A stretch of DNA of 64,000 nt from Ferruginibacter sp. GTDB taxonomy: Bacteria > Bacteroidota > Bacteroidia > Chitinophagales > Chitinophagaceae. How positions within the stretch are numbered: position 1 is the first letter of the stretch; the number at the start of each line of letters is the position of its first letter. Under the pieces are notes generated by a model. The model was not told where the DNA came from and ran no database searches. It saw nothing but the letters and a program-made list of their open reading frames with translations. Location: positions 19,983 through 83,982 of the forward strand of contig JACMKX010000157.1 of the NCBI GenBank assembly GCA_014379905.1. Direction: 5' to 3'. A program made the translations under genes and the position numbers. Positions 29,001-38,300 of this stretch are shown one piece after another.

Positions 29001-29066
29001 CTGCTGCTGGGCAGCAACAGACAGGGAAAAAACATTTAATAAAATAAGGAGGATTTTTGGCTGCAT
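26019..29066 (-). CDS. Sensor histidine kinase with periplasmic two-component-regulator propeller and Y_Y_Y domains
   Basis: 1015 aa with a signal peptide and repeated beta-propeller motifs (LWIGT.. G). Y_Y_Y segment YRYRIEGIAG...GKYTLHMRA, one TM (VWFIALMILIVFFAAW), HisKA_3 NLHDDIGASLSNI, and an HATPase_c tail. Confidence 0.9.
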   Translation of the reverse strand: MQPKILLILLNVFSLSVAAQQQIGNFMAYGPETKYLSGFNYRVYQSKTGYLWICTMNGVVRFDGKRYKNFFSDYLNPDSPTDNIAADITEDKNGHLWIAGFAKGVARYDQHTGKFKKYPVLSNDNNPVYGINKIVSDAQQNLWFGTAGRGLAQYDFVKDTFSFFYPEPGDCKDGTVRGYNYINDIIPDPHNKNLLWIASFHGLFLFDKEQKKFTRFPCLDPIAAKDILVSDIEVQPNGALWIGTWGNGMKCFDTRSRKFLLKPIPSFAEVVFDIKLINDSTLYTACLSKGLFAYNINNNTATDITPVDNAALALSKRTDIQKISLTAGGGIFASGQFYVYQQHPFYVRLKKNISFNANDDIREEISCIVWDEQNKKYWMGSHEGIYAMDEHLGKPEKYKLKKGAFPANYIINMALDARGNVWATSFEDGLRKYDAAKNSFIHPGIHMSLPDSVLKKIRKINTDSAGNLWMYGNETIYYAAIDQNNLKTFQVRWNSDYKGIRKIKGAELLVSPAGEAWLLTQQGIFILNKNGFVKHIYKTGNTKNDLAQQMVMVGAFSEKYKAFWFSSGDGLQVMNYETHTILANHTIADGLPSMILRGIVIDSFNRVWVASTAGLGYFDPTKKIWQTFNRFDGLESDFLDAGIFITKNNMLAIPQQDGFSFYKPADILIAGDTPYLRITSILINNQAYTDTIMPEFVKRIALPYNKNNIIIEYAAMDWVYPAKTNYRYRIEGIAGQDTWMPNEEARLNLAGLQPGKYTLHMRALGTGGVWSNEIILPIVIHPPFWRSVWFIALMILIVFFAAWKILQYRIAQVKKLQHMRNSISRNLHDDIGASLSNIGILNELAKRNVSSNAGKATEYLNRAAEDIQHISENLGDIVWNINPLFDNINDLLIRMKRYAADMAEGKNINCVFEIAEDADINLPMDKRRDFYLLYKEAINNMVKHSAAKNAFIKITVAASRLYLLIKDDGKGFDENLKKDGNGLSNMRQRAHQLSGKLLIDSSPGNGTHFQFNMPV

Positions 29067-29080
29067 CGTTCCTGCTAATC

Positions 29081-29269
29081 TTACACCCGGAAGGATACTT
29101 TGCCTACCGATCCATAACTAACGATCTCTCCATCCTTTACATGTACTTTCATGTCTTTCACATAAATCGAATCCAGGTTGCGCACAGATTTGGATACTTC
29201 TTTTGCGCCTTGTTTTACAGCATCATCAAAACTTAGGGCAGAAGTAGCTATAACTTTTACTATAGCCAT
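29081..29269 (-). CDS. Dodecin-family small flavin-binding protein
   Basis: 62 aa. MAIVKVIATSALSFDDAVKQGAKEVSKSVRNLDSIYVKDMKVHVKDGEIVSYGSVGKVSFRV fits the dodecin length and pattern. Its stop is 14 nt before the kinase ATG. Confidence 0.75.
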   Translation of the reverse strand: MAIVKVIATSALSFDDAVKQGAKEVSKSVRNLDSIYVKDMKVHVKDGEIVSYGSVGKVSFRV

Positions 29270-29374
29270 AATATTTATATTTTAAGATTTAAGAATTTAT
29301 TTCCCTCTTAAGATACAAATACTACGGATATGAACTATCATTTTTACCTGCAAACCGGTTAAGGGTTCATCATT

Positions 29375-32300
29375 TTATTCAACTATCAACTCCCTGGTAT
29401 ATTTTACTGCATTAGGATCTACAATAAGCAACTCGTATACTCCCGCAGTAATGGTTTTACCCAGGTCGATAAGGTGCGTACTGCTGCTGCCTGTATTTTC
29501 AACTGCATTGCTATATACAACCTGCCCGCCGATATTTATAAGCGAAACAGCATATTTACCTTTTGGCATATTGTTTAATTGCAGGCTGGTTATTCCTCCC
29601 GGTACAGGATTAGGGAATACATTGATCACGGCATCTTTGTTTGCTGTGGAAACTTTCACCACGTTGCTGTATAATACTTCTCCCGAATGCTCAATTCCTT
29701 TAACACGGTAATAATTTACATCTGTATAAGGTTGCACATCATTTAAAGAATAAGTATTTGCATTACCTCCTTTTGCAGGAGTGGTCATAATTTTCGTGAA
29801 CCCGGATCCGTCGTGAGATCTTTCTACTTCGTAATGACGGGTATTGATCTCTTCCGCTGTTTGCCAGTCAATATTAATACTGTTGCCTGCAACGGTATAC
29901 GCTTTTAGCGCAACAAACTTAACAGGCAATACGCTGAGTTTATCAAAAATGATCTTGAAACGATTGCTTGCATAAGAAGCGGGTGCTGCAGTTACCGTGA
30001 AATTTAATTGTGTGTTGTCATTTAATTGTAATGCGGTGGAACTATTGGTGAAATTGTCTACAAGCACACCCGTTCTTCCGCCGGCATTTAAAAGTGAAGA
30101 TTGGATATTCAGGCGATAAGCCCTTGTTTTTAAATTAACCATTTTAAGGTAAATAGTATCTTTAGATGCAGGCAGGTTACGTCTTTCAACGATCAAAGAT
30201 TTAGCGGCTGTAAGCACTGAAATATTTTCCGCTGTATTGGCAGATTTCAGGGCATCACCGTTATCAATGGCATTGCTGTAGGCATTATTGAAATTAACCA
30301 ATAATCCATCCGCCATCATGGTGCTGCTGTCAGCATTTACAGAAAGCAGGTTTACCAACATTTGTATTTTATTGCCTGATTCAATAGCTGCATCCAGCGG
30401 ATCATACTTTGCATTTTCATTTAAACTCACCGATCCGCCATTGGTATCTCCTTCTACAAAAAACGCCTGGCCCGAAGGAATATAATTACTGATACTACCG
30501 GAAGGACCATAACTTCCTGCGCCGGGCACCACTACATAGTTGCCACTGCTATCGGCAGAAAACACCTGGTAACCACCCGCTCCGTATAATCCGCCCAAAG
30601 CAGGATCCCATACCGTGAAGAAGTCTTTTACGCCTGTTTTTACTATTTTACGAAGATCCAGCGGCGCGGCATACGGATTTCCTATAGCAATAAGCTTACG
30701 GGCCGGTATAGTAACAGATGGCAGGTTGCCCTGGTATAAAAGTCCCCTGGTACGTAAAACAGTTGGTGTTGTTGATGCATTACCTGCACTTATAGTCCTG
30801 TCGCCACGAACAAATATCATATATCCTTCTGTATTTTTTATACCTGAAATATTGGTATTGGTCAACATTGCCCATGCACCGGATACCGGGTCATATTTTT
30901 TTATGGAAGTGCTGGGGCTATTGGCATCAAACCCGTCGGCCAGCCAGCTGGATCTGCTGGAAGTTATTTGTGTTCCGAATCCTGGTATTGGATTGGCCGA
31001 TGCACTTGCTGCAGCTTCCTGCCAGCTTTGTTTTATATGCTGGCTCGTATTGGTTGGAACCGATAGGAAGTTCCATGCTTTGTGCGCCGGGATATAATTT
31101 TCTACTGTTACATTTCCCGTGATGCCAACACCCGTCATATTACCCACCCTGGCAGTTCCGGCACTCGTGGATTTGAGGGTTAAAAAATCGTTGGTAGTAA
31201 AATTTTTGCCTGTGGCCGAATAAGTAAGGGAACCATATACATCTAATGGTCCGGCTAACACCAGGCCACTATCACTTGAATTGCTTATGATGAGATCGGT
31301 AACAGCATTGTTGAAAAATGTAGCTGCCCCGATAGTTTGCGGCACGGTGCCAGAAAATTCAAGGGTGCCTGCAGAAGCATTAATAGATCCTGCGTTATTA
31401 ATAATACCGGAAACCTTTAATGCTGCATTACTAACCAGTACAGAAGCTCCGGACGCAATCGTTAAATTATTTAAAGAAACAATACCGGAGTCAATAAGAG
31501 GATAATATAAAGCCCCGGAATCGAAGCTAACATTTGCATTGGCTGCAGGTATGATACCACACATCCAGTTGCCTGCATCCAACCAGCGCACACTTACTGT
31601 GCCCATCCATTTACCCGGGCTCACAATAGTTACAGGCGCTGTAAAGGCAACAGCCTCACAAGCACCGGACGCACTGATAGTGTAGGTTACTGTATAGTTT
31701 CCGGGCTGGTTACTGCCCAGGTCAATGCTGCCCGTTAAAGGATCGATGAACAAGCCACCATTGGCAGAAAATATGCCACCGGTTGTGCCGGTTGAGTCCG
31801 GGTATATAATTCCGCCTCCGCTGCAAAAAGGACCTGCTCCATAATTAACAGTAGCTGAAGGCGCCCCGTCAATAAACACAGTAGCTGTTGTTTCATACAA
31901 AGCACATTCTCCTGTGGCGGCAATGGTATAAATAATTTTGTATTCACCTGGTGTGCTGGTTGAAGGGGTGATAAGCCCGGTAGACGGATCAAGCGTAAGG
32001 CCTGCAGAAGAAGAAAAAACTCCACCGCCGTTACCGGTTAATACAGGTGTTGCTGCTGATGATGTAGTACAATAATAAGTAGCGCCGTATGATATGGCGG
32101 TATTTTTATTACATACTTCACCGATAGCATAATCCCCCGTTAGTTTGGATGCTGTTACTGTAGTAATGGTATCATTACTGGAAACTGCCCCGGCATCTTC
32201 CCAGCTGATATCATCATAAACTGCTGCTCCAAATGAAACAGTAGCTGCACCGGCATCCACATCGCTGAAAGGATGTTTGAAGGAGGCTTCGCAATCCGAA

Positions 32301-35300
32301 AATACAATACCACTGTTGGTAAGTTTCCAGTACCTGTTCACACTTTTATTTACATTGATGCGGGAAGCAGCCAGTTGGGGATGATCACCACTCATAGTAC
32401 TAATCAAGAGATTGCCTCCTGTTGTTACACCCTGCAGTGCGAGAGATACCGGCGTATAATAAGCAGCATCACCTGTTTCAAATATTCGCTGTGTTGCACC
32501 TGCATTGATTCCTTTTTGCAGGTTACCATTGATCCAGCCCGTTAATTGCGAAGCATTGTTTACAACACCAGCATTGGGTTGAATTAATTTGTAAGTTCCG
32601 GTTGCCATATTTCCTTTAATGAAATGAAGGGTGTCATTCACAGTAACGTCGGATAATAAATTCACGGGTTCTGATGCAGTTTCCACAACAAGTTTATGAA
32701 ATGCAGAAGCAGAATATATCGTTTGAGGAAGTGTTCCGTTTAATTTAAAAGTAGAAGTACCTGCATTGATTGTTCCCCTGTTATCAATTATACCGGCAAT
32801 AGAAAACTGGTTGTTACCTGCATTAAACAGGGAACCGCTGTTAATCGTTAAGCTGTTGGTCAGCGTCCAGTTTGAAGAAGCGGTAACACCACTGGCATGC
32901 GTATTACTTACCGTTACATTTCTCAACGATAAAGGCGTACCAGTTACCGTCATCGCTCCTGCTCCTCCAAATACTACACGGCCCGTACTGGAAAAATTAG
33001 TTCCCAGGTTAATGGAAGTAGCTGTGGCCGGAAGAAAGTTGATGGTACTGCTGCTGGTGATAGTGCCATTATTGTTCAAGTAGCCATAAATATTATGAAC
33101 AGAACCGCCTGCGTTAAAAGACGCACCGGTTCCTACAGATAAACCATATAAAATATTATAACCCACGCTGGCATTTACACCACCGGTATTATTAATGTTT
33201 AAAAAGCCATACTGTGGAGGAGAGGTAGAATTTAATACCGGGGAAACGGAACCATTAAAATTAACAGTGATCGCAACCGTTTGTACAGCATTGATCAAAC
33301 TTAAGGTTTGTTGCACATTACCCGTAAAAGTGGTTGTACCAAGCGCATATAAAATACCCCTGTTAATAAGATCTCCGTTCATGGTAGTTACAATACCAGA
33401 CCCTCCGTTCACATTTCCTGTAGCTGTGATTTGCAGCAACTGGTTAATGGTATTGTTATGCAGGAATGTGTAACTACCTGGAACAGTCATCCTGTGAAAA
33501 GTGTTATTTCCGGAAATGGTTTTTAAATTGCCCAGGCACAATAACGTACTGGTAGAAGGGATATAGGTACCATCGTTTATCCAATTACCATCTAAACTGA
33601 TGGTATTTGTACCAGCATCAAAGATGGCCCCGGTTTCAATGGTAAGATTGCCTTTTACTGCAATAGGCGTGTATAAAATTTTTGTACCTGTATTTCTAAA
33701 AGTTAAGTTACCATATACAACACCTGGCAGCAGTAAGTGCTGCGTAGCTGTGCCATTAAATACTACTGTACTCCCTGCAGACAACTGGTAATTAGAAAAT
33801 TTATTGGGTGCGTTATCAGCAGCAATGATCAATGTTCCGGCGTCAGCAATGCTGGCAGTACCACCCACTACATCCCTGTTAAAGATAAACGATTTGGTAT
33901 CGAGTGTACCGGAATTTCCTGAAAGATCACCCTTTAACGTAACATCGCCTGTGAGAGTAGCTACAGTGCCGACAGGTTTGTTTATTTCGAGGTTATAGAA
34001 AGTAGAAGAAGAGATATTTTGTGCGCCTGTACCGTTGAAAATAACACGGGTATCTTGTTCTATTGATGCATAAGTTCCATTGTTTATCCAATCACCGCCC
34101 ACACGAAACCTGCTGGCGTTTTCTAACGATGCGCCAGATTGTATCTCCACATTACCTGTTATAACAGTACTTGCATGATTTTCCAGCCTGCCGGCGGCAA
34201 TGATCAGATTACCATTAATATTGGTGGAATCATTAATAAACGCTGTAGAGTTTGTTTTATTAATGGTAAGGTTATTATAGTTAACACCTGCCACGATTTG
34301 GTTGATGCTGCCATTGTAGGTAACAGTACCTGTACCTGCTGTAAAGGTTCCGTTCACATACTGATAATCGTCTCTTATTGATAAATTCCCCGCCCCGGTA
34401 AATGTTACATTGGCGCCGCCAAGTTGGTAGATGGAACCTATAACATTTAAATTACCGGAGCCAATATTTAGATTGACTGCATGATTATTTGTACCGTCGC
34501 TCAATGCAAGGTTACCGGCTATATTTACTGTTTGGTCATTTACATTTAATGTATGTATTGCATTTCCAGACCAGATACCCACAATATCACCCGTTGCCAG
34601 TGACCCCCCTGTGGCCATAGATAATACAACAGGTTTAGCGCTTCCGAAAACAATGTTTTTAACACTGACCGGTGTTGTGATGGCTGGCTGGTTATTAAAA
34701 GTTGAATTACCAATCACCGCAACATCATCAACAGATGGTGGCGTGGATGGAGAGCCCTGTAATACTGTCCAGTTGGCCGGTACATGCCATTCAGTACTTA
34801 CACTACCATTCCACTCTACTACATTAGTAGCATAGCCACAGGTCCAACGGTTATTAAGACTGGCAAGATTTACCTGTTCAACATAGTTATCAGTAGTGCT
34901 ATTGGCTGACTTTCCAAACGGAAGCCAGAAAGTACCGTTGTAATTCCAGAGCACCATGGACGATTCATTGTTACCGTTCAGTTCTACATCTTCGTAATGC
35001 AGGCGCAGGCTTGCATTGTAGGTTCCCAAAGGGATGGAGATATCATACAACCTGCTTATAGCCGAATTGTACGGAAAATCCACAATTGAACCGTGGCTTA
35101 CTGAAACAGTGATACTCGTAACTGCCGATACGGCTGAAAACTGGATGGTATTATTAGGTCCTTCAAATGCATACGCCACGCCTGTTATAAAAGCATGAGT
35201 ACGGGTAATATGACCCATTATAATTCCATTACCGGTTCTTGTATTGGTAATGGTTAGCATATTTGTACCAGTTAGCAATGTACCGGAAACCATGTTCACA

Positions 35301-38300
35301 ATAGAAGCGCCCACGTTATCATGCAAAGTGATGGAAGTGGCAGCTGTGTTGTTATTTATGGTAAGAATATTAAAGAGGGTTGCTCCATAAATACCTGCAT
35401 TTTGACTACCAATTAATTCTATATTTCCCAGGCCGGCATTAAAAGTTCCGTAATTGTACCAATCACCATAAATGAAATGTGTAAAGTCACCGGGTGCAAA
35501 ACTGGTGGAAGCAGCGATGGTAATGTCATCGTTCACCGTGAGGCCTGCCAATGCGGTTTTGGTATTGCCATTAGATAAAATAAGATTGTCGTAAGCAATA
35601 GCATTGATGCTTTGTGCACCGGTACCATTAAAGTCTACGGTATTGGGTGTAGAAGAAGTTACGTCTAAAGTACCGGTTGAAATAGTAAGTGCATTGGCAA
35701 TACCCAGTATGGAAGCAGAAGATAAACGTAGCGAAGTACCGTTAATTCTTGTAGTAAAGAGAGATGCTTTACCCGTGAGTGTTGATGGGCCTGTAAATGT
35801 TGCAGTACCTGCAGAAGCTGTAAATGTACCGCTGATATTTAAAGCAGATGAGATAGAAAAATCTGCATTGGTTGTAACCGTTCCTGTTATATAAAGCGAC
35901 GAAAAACTTTTCGCCCCTGCACCGGAAATCGTTTTGGATGCGCCGTTCATAGTAATCACACCGGCGCTGCTCACAAAACTGCCTGTAACAGATAAGTTAC
36001 CTGTAATGGTTAAAGAAGATGAAGTGCTTACTGAACCACTGATTGAAAGGTTATCAATAGAGATACCAAACCCACTAATGGTTTTACTGGTACCCGTCAT
36101 AATTACTGTACCACCGGCAGGAAGACTGAAAGAACCCGGTCCTGTGGTAGCCAGGTTGCCCGAAAGGGTTACAGAATTATTTGAAAATGTAACGAGCGAA
36201 GCCGCAATAGTTAAATTATTAAAATTCTCAACACCGGCCCCACTGATGGTTGCCCCTATTCCTGTAAAAATTATAGTCCCCGTATTACCATTGAATGTAC
36301 CGCCATTTGCCCAGTTGGCACCCATGGTATGAGAAAAGCTTGCTGCATTAAAAGTAGTAGCAATACCAATAGATACATTACCATTAACCGTTATGGCTGC
36401 TCCGGCAGTATAAGTAACATCTGTACCGGCGCCTTGCACACTGCTAAAATTACCTATAATGCTCAATGGAGTTGCTGGTAAGGTTTTTACAGCGGATCCG
36501 GCCGAACTGCTCAATATCAAATTACCATATACCTGGTTGGCTACTGTTTGATTGGTACCATTGTACTCAACCGTACTGGCAACAATTAAATTATTGGTTG
36601 TAAAATTTATTGGAAAACTATTGGTGCCGCCAATTTTTAAAACTGCATTATTAGCTACCATTAGTGTACCTCCGCTGGTTTCCCTGTTGGCGGTAAATGT
36701 TGTAAGATCAAAGGTTCCGGCAGCGACGTTAAGATTACCCTGGATCACTGCATTTACATTTAGTGAAACCGTATTGCCGGTGTTGGCAATAGTGATATTA
36801 TTAAAACGGGTGGAAAAACTGCCTCCTATTACCTGTGCGGCTGTACCAGCAAAGCTAACTGTACCTGTTCCACCCGTAAAGGCAGTGGCAGCAGCATTGT
36901 TTGTCCAGTTACCCCTTACCGTTATGCTGTAATTATTTGTATTAAGCGTACCTGAGGTTATCAGTAAATTATTGTTAACAGTAATGGTAGAAGGTAATAA
37001 AACGCCGGCTGCATTATTAATAGTAAGATTATAAAAAGTATTGGTGCCCGAAAATGTTTGTTGTGCTGTACCATTAAAGTTAACCGTTCCGCTGTTAGTC
37101 ATGGTGCCACTGTTGGTAAGTATGCCTGCAATGTTAAGCGTACCTGCAAGCAGGGTTGTAACGGCCGCGCCGGTTTCAATAGTAAGGCTTTTGCAGCTGC
37201 CGGTAGTTATCACTTCCGGCATCCTTACAGCGGATGATTTAATAAGTACGTCATCTGCTGATGTAGGCACTACCCCTGCGCACCAGTTGCCGGCTACAGC
37301 CCAATCGGTACTAATACTGCCGGTCCATTGACCTCCTCCGCTTACAATAACGGTAGCTGCATTGGACTCATGTGTTGCTATATATGGATTGTAGCCAATA
37401 TTATTAGTACTGCTCAATTTGGCAGTGCGATAAAGATAATATGTACCTGCTGCGTTAAAGGGTGCAACAGCTGTTGAAGGAGTGAAACTGGCTGCAGTAG
37501 CGCCGGCAATAGTTGTTCGTATACCGCCGGGAGATGTACTGTAAACCCACTGGTACCCGGTTCCGGATAGCGTAATACCCGCAGGCAGCGCTCCAAAAAC
37601 ATCACCACTGATTACTGCAGCAGTGTTGCCGATACAGATACTCTGGCTTGTATTGGTTGTAATATTATTTGCGATAAGAGGTATAAAATTTTGGAAGGTC
37701 ACCCTGTTTTCTCCCCCATTTTCATAATACTCATACATGAGGTTACTGCTCCCTGTAAGGTTCATTAATACCGATGCATTGGTAAGAAAAGCATGATCTG
37801 TCCAGTTGTTAAACATCATTGAACCGTCTATGGTTAACCTTACTCCGTCATCAGACCCAAAGTTGGCAACATATAAACCTTTTTTAGTAGAATTCATTCT
37901 GAATTTAACGGAGAATGATTGAGTATAGATAGACCTCGTATTCCCTGCGGAAACTACATTAAAGCAACCAAGCGAGGCTCCGAATGATTCATCAAAGGTT
38001 TCTGTTTCCGTGAACTTACCTATATAACTATTGAACCCCGTTCCATCATACATATGTCCAACCCAGGTATTACTGCCTGCTTCAGTTTGATCGCCTGCAG
38101 AATTTGCAAACGGGGCAATGTTAACAATGGTAGAAGTAACACAACCTGTATTTCCCATTACATTTAAGGTATAGTTACCTGCTGCCAATGCGGTATAAGT
38201 GCCGGATGACTGGTAGGCTGCACCATTTAGACTAAAGGTATAAGGCGGAATTCCCCCTGTAGCAGATGCAGTGAGCGTACCTGTGCTTCCGCCTACGCAG

